A stretch of DNA of 60,077 bases, the filler included, from Perkinsus olseni (taxonomy: Eukaryota), in the NCBI GenBank assembly GCA_013115125.1. It is 3 parts of 3 records of this genome, joined end to end, with 100 filler letters (N's around TTAATTAATTAA, not from the genome) between each part and the next. Parts side by side here need not be neighbours in the genome. Positions count along the whole stretch, not along the records: positions 1 to 20,000 come from JABANN010000588.1; 2 more parts are not named here. The stretch is one strand, 5' to 3'. The notes below the pieces were generated by a model. That model was not told the origin of the DNA and did not search any database. It was given only the letters and a program-made list of their open reading frames with translations. Below are positions 1 to 13,166 of this stretch, piece after piece. How positions within the stretch are numbered: the first letter of the stretch is position 1; the number at the start of each line of letters is the position of its first letter. A program made the position numbers and the translations under genes.

Positions 1-368
1 CCAACGTTGTCAACATTAGCTGCGTTCGGAATTTGGACAACGTTGACGATGTTGACGAAATTAGGAGCCCCGGTTGTGTGTACTAGCCGATCTGCTGTCT
101 GCCTTGTGAGGTTTCTATGTTTCCTCGTTGGAGGTCTACGACGGATTTTACGATCCGCATGCGATGGATGTAGGGGGTACGATAGCAAGTAAGTCGATCG
201 AGTATTTGGCAATTGTAAAGATACGCTATAGCCTTCTGGAAAATCGGGTTGGCTGATGATGATGATGTAGGGTGGTATCTTGGAGGTTGATCTAGGAAGA
301 TACGAATCGGGTTACCACGGTTGGTAGCGCATTTTGGTATTTGAGCAGCTGCTTCTGCATCTCTAGCA

Positions 369-1233
369 ATGGCAACGACCGAATTCGAGAAGACCGCCGA
401 AGCGACTGCGACTGCTGAGAAGGCTGAAGTGATTGAGAAGGTTGATGAGGAAGAGGTGAGCATCTTTCAGCATGGTCGATTACCTGAAACTTGATTCCGA
501 CAGGTTACCGAGGTTGATGGATGGGCCCCTTCTGTGTCCCTTGAGGTCAGCGACAAGGCAGAGACTGGTGAAGAGGGCGAGCAGGAGCTCTACCGTCAAA
601 GGAGCAAGCTCTACAGGTTAGCGGCCGACTTTCTCACGATCATCTAATCTGAACGTCCGTCATGTCAGATGGGTGTCCAAGGATGAGGGCTCCGGTGAGT
701 GGAAGGAGCGTGGTACCGGCGAGATGCGACTTTTGAAGGAAAAGAAGAGCGGGAGGGTACGTGGCGGCGGGGCTGCGGTTGTGATCGATCTTTGTAGGTC
801 TAATGCATCAGGTTCGCGCTTTGATGCGCCAGGAGAAAACCCTGAAGATCATCGCCAACCATTACGTCGTTGAGAACGGTCCTTACTGCAGCCTCAAGCC
901 TAACGCTGGGTAGGCGATAGGAACTAGTCGGCGGTCGAAGTGTTGATCAACATTCTGGTCAGATCTGAGAAATGCTGGGTGTGGATGGCCAATGATTACG
1001 CAGAGGGCGAACAGCGTACCGAGCAATTTGCCTTGAAATTCGGCAACCCGGATCTTGCCAAGGCCTTCGAGAAGGCATTCAATGAGGTACTTTGGGAATG
1101 CTCTTTGAGTACGTCTTGTCGCTGGTGATGGTTCTTTGTTCAGGCTAAGCAGGAGAATGCCGATATCATTTCTGGTGAGAAGGCTGTTAAGAAGGAGGCT
1201 GAGAAAAAGGACGAGGAGAAGAAGGAAGAGTAA
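369..1233 (+). CDS. RANBP1: Ran-binding protein 1 (RanBD), 6 exons
   Basis: Spliced translation through GT-AG introns gives ...GEEGEQELYRQRSKLYRW...[37 protein letters not shown]...LKPNAGSEKCWVWMANDYAEGEQRTEQFALKF, the Ran-binding domain signature. ATG at 369, TAA at 1231-1233. Confidence 0.93.
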
Positions 1234-1795
1234 AGTGGAGACTGTGATGATTTGAATAGTGATTACTACTACTATCACTCTCCTCTCCTGCTGCATATGT
1301 ACGACGTTTCTCTGGATATAACAACAAACACTAGAAGCAATTTCCGATGTCGTTGAGTTAGTCATGTGGTTTATGGTTTCATAGAGGGTTTGCTGCAACA
1401 ATGACTACTGGTGGGGACCAGCATTTCTGGGATGAGACTAGGAAGCCCTGGAATGACTTGGAGAATGAACGCAGGCCAGTGAAGCCGCAGAAGAAGGCGA
1501 GTGGGAGTAAAGTCACACAGGACACGGGTAAGTCCGCTCGGCACGAAGTACTCGCAAGATCAACCCGATCGTAGTGAGTGGGTGTGCTCCATCGGTGGGG
1601 CGAGAATAGTATCCGAGGCCGAGGGGTTTTCTTCACCTTCTGATCATCGTGCTACGCGGCTGATAGTTCTCTCCATCCGCTGCTCGCTGCTGCTGCTAAG
1701 CTCGTCTCGCATCCGTCGGATGCTCCCGTACATGCATGCGCCGTTGGTTGTGAGTTTAATGGAAAGGTCGGCTGGAAGGTAAAGCGTCCCAAGCG

Positions 1796-3571
1796 ATGGC
1801 GGGCTACTTCGCGGATATGGTCATGCAGCAAGCGATCAATGACAAGATGAAGGCATCAGCAGCAGGGGACACAACGGGGTTTGGTATGAAGGTAATAGAT
1901 GTAGGCTGGTGGGGTCGAACCTGTGCGGAGTTACTGCTATTGCGTGGTGATCTTAGTACTCGCTACCCCCTCAAGTCGCGCTGCCGAGTGGCAAGAAAAG
2001 AGGGGAAGAGTCTTCTGACGAAACCGATTCCGACAGGGACAATGAGAAGGCGGGGAATACGGACTTGGACCTCGAGGCTATTCGCGCTCAACGTACGTGA
2101 TCATCCCTTCGGAGCGGTATTATACTCGTGCGATTATCGGTTCATAATTTTGGAGGTCGTGGGTTCAACTCCTGGCGGCAGAAACTCGCTCGATTCAGCC
2201 TCTTGATTATTGCAAGTCTAGTCTGAATGTGAATTCCCTTGAGAGAGCAACTAGCAAGAAATCAAGAGTGGACGAGCGCTCGTCGTGTATAGCGTTCTAT
2301 TGGTAGGGCTTGCTAAACTGAAGGCCGAACACAAGGCAGCCGCAGAGAACCGTGCCAAGGGGCATGGCGAGCTGAATGAGATCACTGAGGCTGAGTTTCT
2401 GGACACTGTGACGAAGAGTGATAAAGCTATAGTAGTAGCGAAGGCAGCCATACTCTATTAACCGACCATCGCCACCTGGCCAGAGACTCGAGGAAATCCA
2501 CCGAAGTTTGGTCTTGGGAGACTGGCCGCCCTCAGGTGCACTTTTATCATCGCAGTTTTAGAAAATGCAAAGTCATTGACAAGCATCTCGGCCTGCTAGC
2601 GCCATCACTGCTTGACATCAAGATGGCTCGGGTGAGAATTAGAACGTACTATAATGCTTTCATTCACGTGCTCGCTGTTCGGGAATTGGCCGCTGATTCC
2701 TTCAACCTAGAGAATGGTCAGAAGGACGACATATCCGCGATTGTTGTGTAGTTGGACGCCCAGAAGGCGCCGTTCTTCGTGGAGAGGCTCCGGATCAGAG
2801 TGCTGCCGACCACGGTCTTATTCGTCAAGGGAATAGCGGTAGTGAAGAGGTTGCATGACTAACTGACTCGTCTCCGCCGAGAACGGATACGTAGATCGCT
2901 CTTCTCCGGGATGAGGGGCTCAGTTTGATCCGTGCATGTGGTCGTATGGGCAGCATTTTGCAGCAGAAATACTCAATAGCGTTCTCGAGTCTCTTCTGTG
3001 TAACCAACTTCAGTAGCCGGTCGCCGGGTTGCATGAGCTCATGCCGCCCCTCGCGCGGGTAGGGAAGGCCACGCTGGCCTTTCAGGTATATCACATCGTA
3101 GGGTTCGAGGGTCTGCGCTGTATAGATGGCGAAGATATCACCACTCTCAGTCTGGCTAAAGTATTTCGCGCGCCCCGAAATTATCAGGGAGGAGCTCTAG
3201 CAGGTACTCTACGAGAATGACATGGTGTCTGATGGCGAGCTGGACAACCTTGAACGTAGGCGTCCGGTCAATGGTCAGATCGGTTGACGTGCAATCGCCC
3301 ATGTCATGCCTTTCTCGTTGCCGATTGTTGTAGTGATACTCATAGCCGTCCGTCGTACTCGGGGCGATTGTAGAGATTGTAAGTTCCTATGCGGAGAAGG
3401 CATCTCAGGAATATGCTTTCCCAATAATTCCGTAAAGTGGTTCGGCCGAGGAGAATGAGGATGGTGCTGCCGGCAGCCTACCGCTGCTGCATCTCAGGTA
3501 CCTTCGGCGCTGAGCATAACCGAGCCGAGCAGGGAAGTGTGGAAGTGGACGACGATGATGAGTTTAATTAG
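1796..3571 (+). CDS. Phosducin-like thioredoxin-domain protein (TXNDC9/PLP3-like), multi-exon
   Basis: Exons read KGHGELNEITEAEFLDTVTKSDKAI-VHFYHRSFRKCKVIDKHL...LDAQKAPFFVERLRIRVLPTTVLFVKG...IVGFEGL. An acidic tail ends at TAG 3569-3571. The 3' exon boundaries are approximate. Confidence 0.88.
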
Positions 3572-3809
3572 ACAGACGAAGACTATCACGATTGGTGGCT
3601 TCGTAACCTTGGGCAAGTTTGATCGATCTATTCTGTTTTGTTGAGTGCTGAATAATGGAAACCCGAATTCTGTCTCCTCGCGCAGCTTGCTCGGGTGAAG
3701 CTGTCAGCGTCGGCCATGCCTAGTTAGACTACTGGTGTGTTGATTGCGGGCTTAATCGTTCTATCAGGTGCCTTGTCAGAGTTTGGTGCCCCTGAGTTTT
3801 GCTCGTGCT

Positions 3810-5840
3810 ATGTCTCTCCGCGCACGTCGTGTGTTGGTCCGGCCACTGGCGAGCACTCGAGGCTTCGGCTCCATTTCGGGAAGAATGCCGGGGCAACCAA
3901 GTAGCACTGGGAAGGACACACTCTTAGTAGTGAAGGTCAAAGGCCTTCGAGTGCTTCTGGAATCGAAGTGACCCTAGTAGGGTCACTTCACGCGGTATGA
4001 GCCCGAGCGGTCAGCTGGGAGTGGTGATTGAGCCCGGAGGTGGTTGATGAGAGTACCCGTTATAGGCTTGGCTTGTTATGAAGTGAGGCTTCTCCGCCAG
4101 GCTTGTTATGCAAGCAACGCAGTCCTGCCAGCTGCGGCACTCTCTAATCCGCATATTGGTTGTCGGTGGCAGCTCACCTGTCATGCTGTAGAGTTGGTAT
4201 AGAAGGGGGCGCTTGAAAGTTATCCACCCAGGTCGCCAGCATCATCTTGATTCCTCGGCTACGATCATGCCTGGTCAAGAGCGCACGCCGGCGACGAGGG
4301 CGACACTGAAGACTGTGGGGAACAGCTACATAGGTCTTGGTAGGGAAGGGATGCGATCACTGCTGAAGGCCTCTGATCATCTCCATCATGAGCGTTTCGC
4401 CTGATGGGTGGGTCTGAGCGTGTCATACCCACTCCTTGGCGACTCACCCAACCTCTGAGATCTGCCTGGCCTGATAGCTGATCATACCGTGGTAGTAGCA
4501 CAGTCCTCGCGACTGTCGGTACTTATACAGACTAGGGTGAGGGGACCTCAGTATTGCTGGACATAGCTGAGTGTATGTTTTGGTGGTAGGTAAGTTCGAT
4601 GGCATTGGCGACGACCCAGTCCGACTGGCACAGGCCATAGCGTATATTGAAGGGGCCATAGAGGCTGCAGGGGAGGACCTTACCGAAGGAGTTGTAAGTT
4701 CCTGAGGGACCGCACGACATTGATTGCTGTGACAGGCTAAGCTGTATCGCGATCTGGGAATGCACTTTCATAGGGCTAACAAACTGGACAGAGCGGTGGA
4801 AGCCTACCGACAAGCGTGCGCAGTCCTCGACAGGTGAGTCCTGCCCTCCTTGATGCTCATCGAGGAATGGTTCGGCATTGGTATAACAAACTCCCAATGC
4901 TACACTAGTGCTCCTTTAATATTAACATTAGGCTTAAGTATAACAGCTCTCGGCTGCGCGAATGTGTGCTCATAAGTTGCTGTTACATGTGTACGGTTGT
5001 GGTTATTCATGTGTAATGTTCTCCTCAATTTCTCCACCATTCTTCTTCTCCCCGTTGCATGGGCATTCGGTTTCACTCGGGTTCCGCAGCCCCCTTCTGG
5101 TTTTTAGGATGATAAAGGAGACGCCGGCTGGGAACGTCGAGCGACTGAGAGCACTGAGATATCAGCTGGCATCGGCTTACAGTTGCCTAAGTGTCGCTGT
5201 GCGAGAGCGAGATGGCGATGATGGTAGTAACAGTAGCCCCTCACGTGAGGCGTGGGGGACCCCGATGTCCCCGTGGCCGCGCGGGTTTATGTTCCATTGT
5301 TGTTCTGGTGTCGCGTAGTACCACTCATATGGCAACCAGGCGATTTCGAAAACTACCGCGCGCCACGAAAATAAGATGTGGCTGTTCAGGTATTCCTGAG
5401 GCTCTGTCCATTTGCAACCAAGCGTTGGAGCTGAGGAAGGCGTGCGTGGGCGCGAAACACCTCTCTGTAGCGGAGTGCCTCAATAACGCGGCGGGGATGC
5501 TGCATGTGCAAGGTGTTTAGGAAATGACCAAGAGAGGCCAAGAGAGCAAGATTTATGTCCAGGTTCATATGAGCGGGCTGTGGAGCTGTACTCAGAGGCT
5601 CTCCAAATCTTACTCGCTCACACTGGGGGGAAGGAGGAGAACAGGTTCGTGGCGATGACGTATTTCAACATCGGCCTAGCGTATGAGAAGCTGGGTAAAC
5701 TGGAAGGTGCTGCAGATGCGGTAGGCGGGGGATTGTCATAGCACGTAGAGAGACTCGTGGTTAGCTACTGGCGTACGGCCCTTGTTGGGAGCACTCAATC
5801 ACTGAGGCGGATGGTGAGCGGTCGATGCAATATAGTAGAT
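3810..5840 (+). CDS. TPR-repeat protein with a basic, possibly mitochondrial N-terminal leader
   Basis: Exons EALSICNQALELRKACVGAKHLSVAECLNNAAGMLHVQG and YERAVELYSEALQIL...VAMTYFNIGLAYEKLGKLEGAADA are kinesin-light-chain-type TPRs. The N-terminus MSLRARRVLVRPLASTRGF is Arg-rich and acid-free. Ends are approximate. Confidence 0.65.
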
Positions 5841-6732
5841 TTCTAGACTGATAAGGTTTCCGCGAGGTGATTCACGAAGTCATACATATCAACACAATGG
5901 TCTTCTCGCTCGTATCGTAGGGAGAAGCCTTTCGTGGCACCCCAGGAAAAATTCAAGCTTGCTTCCGATGAATTGGAAGTCTGAGCATCCAGAGGCAGCA
6001 CTACCATCAGCAGTAGCTCATTCTCACGTTGAGCGATCGGCAGATCCGTAGGCTTAGCTTGGAGTATCGATGTGGCCGGCAAGAATATTGTGACGGTCTC
6101 CCTGTCTTTTCCTGCTGCTTCGAAGAGCATTCTCATTCATGTTGCCCAACGGAGTTCATTGAATGAACGCAGGAGATCGTGAGAAAGTGGGCGAGCGAGA
6201 GTTTAAACGGTTCTATATTCAGATGGAGAAGGGCGTGAACCTGTCGGCACACCTTTGGGGCCCCTCGAACGAGAATGTTAAGGAGATGCTGAAGCAGTTG
6301 ACGAGAGTTGTGGCCGAAATTAGAAAAAGGAAGCCGAAAGAGCCGGAAAACCGACCGATGCAGGGTCCACAGGACGACCCGGAAAAGAACAAATCACGAT
6401 TATGGTGAATTCTTGTTTCTGATGGTGTGCTTCCCTCGTCATTTGCGTTGTGAGGTTGTTCTGGGTCAGCCGGGATAGGTAACCCCAGAGTGCCCGTCCG
6501 CTTTCTGGGCGTCGGTGGACGGGTGAGGTAGTCACCGTTGCGAACCGAATCCGAGCGGCCGACGCTTGAATCCCCAAAGCTGTTGGATTCGGCCGTTCAA
6601 ATGAATAGCTCTACTCGATTTGTACGCTTAGTAGCGTTTCCAGCACGTTCGCAGGAACTGATCCGGACGCTCGATCCACCGATAGCTGGAGCTTACAGCC
6701 GCAGGGCACTTGTGGGCTATATTTCCGTTAAT

Positions 6733-7682
6733 ATGAATGTGGAACCGCTGTCCAGCCTAGACACCGCTGAGGACATGTGGCGAGAGGCGATGCTCAGCAT
6801 CGAGTACCCCCTGAATCACCCAGCTTATGCGGAAAGAATGGTATGGCAACTAATAACCCGCAAGAACATCAGAAGAGCGCGGTAGTGCCTCCGATCAGTG
6901 ACGTTCTAGCAGCGCTGCCGCCCTCTGTCGCAGGGCTCAGAGGGGACTAAATCAGAACAAGCGCAGGGTTAACCGATGGACTATCGCCTGAATAGCTACC
7001 TCCCCACTTTTCGAATGTTTTCGCATGTTTGGGCGAACTTTGTGTCAGCTCCCTCGTTACGGAGCTGCCGTACAACGCTAAAAGGGAGCGCTGGCACGGA
7101 TTATGCTGCCTGGGTGAAGGAGACCTCGACGGCGCCGCTGATGCCTTTATCGATGCTGTATTGTTATCACTCGAGGAGCGCAATCCTGTGAGAGCAGTGT
7201 AGATGCGTCACTGATATCGCTAGTCTGGATCCCTTTCAGGGAGTCCGGGCAGAGTGTCTTACACATCTTGGCCGCTTGCCTGATAGTCTGCTCCGGCAAG
7301 TTGAGACAGAGCTTTCGCAGACAAGAGTCTTGGAGGGCTCGGATAAGACCGAGAAGAGCCAAGCACGATTAGTGGGTATCTCATCGTTGACTGAGCGAAC
7401 GGGAGGATGTGGCGGCCTTGCTATGGGGAATGAACTTGAGAATGAGGTCTTCTCTCTCGTGGACGGGATACTGTAGTAAACCACTTTTCAGTTCCTCGAA
7501 TTTCGGGCAAGCACAAATCGCAACTCGAGAAGCTATTTATGAGAGCGCCAATTTGTTGTGTGCAGGTCGGCGACGTGCCTGACGTGGTTGCAGTGAAGAA
7601 TCAAACAAACTTTGATCACTCCGAAGAGTTATTGCGATTCATGTTGACTAGAGTAGGGACAGTGGTTGAAGCGCTGAAATAA
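6733..7682 (+). CDS. Hypothetical protein, multi-exon
   Basis: Protein-like segments (MNVEPLSSLDTAEDMWREAMLSIEYPLNHPAY; LLRQVETELSQTRVLEG; VGDVPDVVAVKNQTNFDHSEELLRFMLTRVGTVVEALK*) are separated by plausible GT-AG introns. No family recognised. Confidence 0.4.
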
Positions 7683-7684
7683 AA

Positions 7685-7766
7685 CGACAGCGGCAGGATT
7701 CGAACCTGCGCGGGCAGAGCCCAGTGGATTTCTAGTCCACCTCCTTAACCACTCGGACACGCTGTC
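7685..7766 (-). tRNA. tRNA-Ser(AGA)
   Basis: Reverse complement GACAGCGTGTCCGAGTGGTTAAGGAGGTGGACTAGAAATCCACTGGGCTCTGCCCGCGCAGGTTCGAATCCTGCCGCTGTCG forms a full cloverleaf with a long variable arm and anticodon AGA, followed by a TTTT Pol III terminator. Confidence 0.97.
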
Positions 7767-10226
7767 TCTGGACTATGATCCATTCGACCAAGTCTGCCTG
7801 TTCGACTCGGCCGATGTGCCACGTTGGACGCGGGCCCATGCAAATCTGGACCCTCAGTTCACAATTAAGTAGAACTTATGCGTGGACAACCTGGCCGTTG
7901 CTTGTCTGCAGCGTTCAGGAGGCTCCGTTTCGGAGCACTTAGTGCCTATTAAGTGCCACTTGAACGGTCAAAAGTTCACCTGCGGAGACTCCTCGGCGAG
8001 AACTTACGTAAAATAGTCGTTCGTTTCCCCTCAGCCTGGAGTGAAAGCATGTGAGAGTCTCGAAAGAGCAGCACGAGCGACTGCACTGCTGAGCGGCTCT
8101 CATTATCGCCGGTAGGACCTCGGCGCCCAGGGGAGGAAACGTTCAACACCTTAGCTGCCGCTTTGACCAGGCACAGCACCGCAGCGGCACTTGCGACGCT
8201 TGAAAGGGCCGTGAAAGACAAGTCAGTTGCAGCTGTTCACAGCGGCCTAATCCGCCTCCGGAATGTTTTGAGGAGGGGAACGTCTTGCAAGAACATAACA
8301 CTAGGTCGGGCTCGGTGTGGGCACTGGATAATGCCTTTAATGCTCTTCACTAATCGTGCCCTATGGTGGGGTCAATCATGGTGCCTTCAGAAGAGGGCAA
8401 GGACGTCGGCGAGGCCGTTCAGTCGATACTAGAAGGAGGCAGAGTTGACGAGCTGCACATCGGCAGGATCATGCGGGCTCTCGGATGCAAGAGCGAAGAA
8501 GTGGTCGCAGGGAAAGTCTTCACTCATGCACTGAAGCTCGGCCAAGAGTTGCTGAATAAATAACTTTCAGGTCGGAATGAACGAGCCCGAGGACGGCCAT
8601 GGTGGTGCAGGGGGAGGGAGAGAGTCTGCCTGTGAGAGGCCTGGTCACCTGGACATGACGAACACGTTCATTGCGGAGGCTGGGTCGGCTATATGGGGAT
8701 TTCCCGAGCCGGTGAGCTGGCCGTGTCTGGGTGGATTGGGCCCCAATCATTGGGGTAGAGGCTTCATATAGCACTTGATAACACCATGTGGAACTTTGCT
8801 ACGCGCTTTGACTTTATGAACAGGGCCTATGCAACAGGCTGAAGTAATCCCCCTCAGAAAGGTACGTCCGTGCTAGTCTAACTAAGCCGTTCTGTCGCCG
8901 TTGGACTTTAAACTCACACACACTTTGACTGGTCGCTGGGTGCCGACGGCTATCGTGGATTCACCTGCCAATGGGAGACTCCCATGTTGACTATCAGGTT
9001 AGAGTGGCCGGGCTCGACGGCAGAATCTCCTCGAGCAGCGCCTACTCGTGCGGCCCTGAATTTGAGGTGTGCTCGTCCACAATGTGTTTCGTTGGCACCC
9101 TCGCTGCCTTAGGGTACTGGCCTCGACTTTGAGGCTGAAAGCATGTACCACATTCTCAAGGACTTGCGCTTTCCTTGATGGCTCGGAGTTGCGTACTCAA
9201 GTGGCAGCGACGTGCCTGAATTTTCTCGCCAGCTTTGGGTGCGTCCAATTTGCCTTAGGATTTGAAAGGTCGTCTACCCTTACTTCGCTCATCAAGCTCC
9301 CTTGGGAACCACTAGTATCCCTCGTTACCTCGAGACACGTCTTTGAAACTTGGTCTTCAAGCATGTGTTTGGGCCCGTTGTGTGCCACTGTTGACTCCCA
9401 ACCAAGTTCAAGGCGCAGGAAGCCCCTGACGTATAAGTGCGAATGTGTGTGGGCCCCTCACCGAGGGGCGAAGCCAATTGCGAGATAGCTCAACTACAAT
9501 CAACGAGCACCAGTGTCCAATTTGGAATTGTGAAATCCACGTTGGAATGACGTCAATAACGTCGTTCAAATGAGTCGAGAACGCCAAGTTGGTAAATTTT
9601 CAAAAGTTGGGAGTTCAGTTTGAAATCGGACCTCCACTCTTAATTCGAAATTTTCGAATTGAAGTGTTAGTTCTCTAGGTGAAGACGGTGTAAATTGGTG
9701 AGAAATTCTCTGCCTACTCTAGCGGTGGCCGCGCGTTTGCGCTCAGATGGCAACACTGTTGCTGCAAAGAATGCCGGTATCTAAGCTGATGCTCTCACTA
9801 GGCGGAGAAATGGGCGTAACAGGAGGAGGAAGATAAGAGGGGAAGCACGCCGTCGAGCCATCCTCGGTCGCACTCGTGGAGTGGATGCATGAGTGATAGC
9901 AAGCCTGCCAGGCTCAGCCAGGCCCCAGTCTCGATCTGACCATTATTGGACAGTAACCCCCATGACAGTGACCCCCCCCCCAATCAGGCACTGGGACCAA
10001 TGGGGGTGCCGATATTAAGGCGCACCGTTGTAGGGCGACGCTCGCTCGCAACCCCGTCTTCAGTGCAGACGGGGTTGCAGACTCTGCACGCATGCGTTCG
10101 TCTATGGCGAAGCGTGACGCAGCGGGTCCCCTAGTTGCCGTACTCCTGGTAAAGCCGTCCATCTCACCTGTGTGCACCGCACGGAGTTAATCTCTCTTGG
10201 TCAGCCAGAAGCGTTCTCCTGGAGTA

Positions 10227-11780
10227 ATGCCAGCCTCCAACTGTCTGCGGCCTTTGGTAGCTGATACGGTCGAAGAATCCTCTGTGACATGCCATCGGCA
10301 GCAAGGCGTGACCGTGAATATGATGCTCAATGCTATGGATTTCAAGACCGTGGCGAGAAGTAGCATGAGATTTGGGCGGCTTGCCAACTCGTTATCAACA
10401 GAACCTCTCCCCCTCAGATAAGCTACCACAGGAGAGCTGGGACTACCTCTACTCGGGGGCTGGCGATGAGTTCACTTTCCAGGAGAACGAGGCCATGTTT
10501 TCTCGGTACGCGGCGACCCCGACTGGGTAGTTCCTGTGTTCTATACTCCTCAGATTAGCGTTGCTTCCTCGAGTACTCCGTAACGTCAGCAGCGTCACCT
10601 GCGCTACGACCGTGTTGGGCCACTCCTTTGATGTGCCATTTTACGTCACGGGTGTAGCCATGGGGAAGCTGTTCCACAATGACGGTACGCTTGGCTCACA
10701 TTTCGGCGAAATGATTCCGCGACTCGTAGGTGAAAAATGCATGGCTAGAGGTGTCAGTAAATGTGGTGCGGCTATGGGGTATATGGTCCCGTCCCTCGCC
10801 AGCTGTGGTGGGTTCACTGTACCCCTGCTGTATAATCCGAGGCTATCACGCTCAGGTTTGAGAGACATCGTAGCTTCAATGGGAGAGTCGTTGCCGAGAT
10901 GGTATCAGCTTTGTGTTCACCCAAACGCCACTACTACTGACAGAATGATCACTCGAGTGGTCAACTCTGGCTTCACTGCCATGTTTATTACTGTCGACTG
11001 CCCTGGGGTGGGCTTGAGGGAGAGGGATATGCGCCACAAAGTTTCGCAGAACGGAGGCCCTAAAGCATCCGGGTACTCGATGGCCGTCTCCCCATATCTG
11101 GCTTTGTCGATGGACTGGGACAGTGTGGCTGAGTTGACCAGAGCAACCAAAGCGAAAGCGAAAGCTCGCGGCAGGGGCATCGATATCTTCCTCAAAGGGA
11201 TAACTTCTCGTGAGTGCGATTCTCGTCTTCCGCAGATGGCCCAGCTTCCATGCCCGGCACAATGTATTCTCGTCTCAGCCGCTGATGCCTTAAAGGCTTA
11301 CACAGAACGGGGAAGCCTGTCCATCCGAGGAATTGTGATTTCAAATCACGGAGCGAGGCAGATCGATACGGTGAAGAGTGCCGTACAACTCCTATACGAA
11401 TGCACCCGCGCCCTCAAGAAGGTGAGTACCCAGTACTGATGACAGTAGCGGTACGGGTCTGTGTGTGTCAGGTTGGGTGGCTAGGCAGAGATGATCCCGA
11501 ATTCTCAGTGTTCATGGATGGCGGTGCCCGTCGAGGAACCGATATTCTCAAGTGTATCGCCTTAGGGGCTCGTGCGGTGGGAATGGGTAGGCCCTTCATG
11601 ACTGCCATGGCTGCCTTTGGTGAGGAGGGGATAGCTAGACTTGCTGGCATCCTCCACCAAGACATCATCGTCAGCATGAGGTTGATGGGCTGCCGTACGC
11701 TTGGCGAGGTGACGGAAGACGTTCTCGACACGAGGGCCCTGGATTTGCCCCTGCCTGGATATATCCGTTCTCGATATTAG
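10227..11780 (+). CDS. FMN-dependent alpha-hydroxy acid dehydrogenase (L-lactate dehydrogenase / glycolate oxidase family)
   Basis: Motifs WDYLYSGAGDEFTFQENEAMFSR, LLPRVLRNVS, ITVDCPGVGLRERD, LKGI, ISNHGARQID and MDGGARRGTDILKCIALGARAVGMGRP. TAG at 11778-11780. Additional 5' exons from about 9750 are possible. Confidence 0.9.
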
Positions 11781-12889
11781 TTGTTATGTACACGAGGATG
11801 CCTCAAAGTTCCACTGACTGTTTCCTACTCTTATTACGAGGCCATCAAGCGATATTGACTTCAGTCACACAGAATTGTGCTTCAGCTTTACTCTACCGTT
11901 CCGTAACCAGGCTTGCGTTCAAGAGTAGTAGAACTGACGTTGCAGCAGTTACGAGATGGATGCACTAGGCACTAGGCCGCGTCCCTTTTGATAGGGTTAA
12001 TCTTGACGTCCTCAACCAAATCAAGCATACGGATATACCTATAATATTGTAGCGATTCGCTGAGCGCTCGGTCGGCGAAACTTTTGCGAACCCGAGTTGC
12101 GGTTTCGTTTGCGACGCATGGGACTAGTTTCCGAGGACATTTTATCCGACAGGAAACGGGTGAACAGTGTTCACTGAACACGACACCACTTACATTTCTG
12201 TAGTACCACACATTTCACACAAAAGTAGCCCACACACTCAAACGTGCTCACAGTCTGCCGTCCAGTGAAAGCCTCATTTACGGTGAAAATCTATATACAA
12301 TTCATCGGAGATTGATAACACTACTGCTAAATGTAATCCCCTTCCTCCTGTTCACCATGTCTCATTCATCATATTTGCTATTATTTATGATCGATGTTTT
12401 TTGTTATGCAAATTCAGCACCTAAGATGAACGCAGATAATAATCAGAATCTTCTTCGGCCACAGTAATATTATTGAGCTGTTCTCGTGGACGACTGAGTT
12501 GGCCTTGTAAACGCCCACGACAGGAGTGAGCCTTCTCTCGGTGCTCCGGTCGGTGCTCCGAGAGCACCGACCCCAGATAAGTCCATGTGGAGGTTGCTAT
12601 CCTAGCGGAACTTCGACCCACTACAACCTATGCGATGTTACCGGGCTTCGATGCACCGAGAAACGAGGCGACACAGCAACCATAGTATCTTGATGATTAG
12701 GGCACGAAAGAGTCACTCGAGCGCGACTCGCGCTGCGCGGGCTAGGTTGAACCTAACAGGTTCACTCGTGCCCCGAACGTATGCAGATCGTAGCCCGGGC
12801 CGTGGTATCACAACGCTGATTCCCTGCGGGACAGGGGTAAGGGCTGGGATGAGCTAACGTGCCCGTGACAGGTAGTCGTAGGCGGTCCC

Positions 12890-13166
12890 GAGTTATACCG
12901 TATGATTATGATACTATCATACACAGTGTGCGTCATAATTTATACGCAGCTCATGTAATCTCGCGATATGAGTGTTCTGTGAGATACTCACAGTTAGAAC
13001 ATACGACAGTCAGACAATAGGACTGTATCGATGACAATAAGACGATACGACAGCATGCTTACCGCCTGTATTACAAGCCCGGTAACTATATCCAGTGATC
13101 TGTCTCGTGATTCCATATCCACAAGATATGTAAGATCGCGATATAAGAATCGCGAGAATTGCCCCT
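12890..13166. repeat. Palindrome-rich patch built from TATGAT/ATCGCGAT/CATAC motifs (possible MITE relic)
   Basis: Contains tatgata-c-tatcata, ctgtgag-ata-ctcacag and several (a)tcgcga(t) palindromes. It ends in gcccctg. Confidence 0.4.

Noticed and set aside
9747-10226. Cytochrome b5 domain making the dehydrogenase a flavocytochrome b2
   Set aside because: No HPGG heme motif was found in the frames I read.
12421-12621. TYLGSVLSE as a LINE reverse-transcriptase YLG motif
   Set aside because: It is an isolated short match overlapping a hairpin (ggtcggtgctc-cga-gagcaccgacc), with no other RT motifs nearby.
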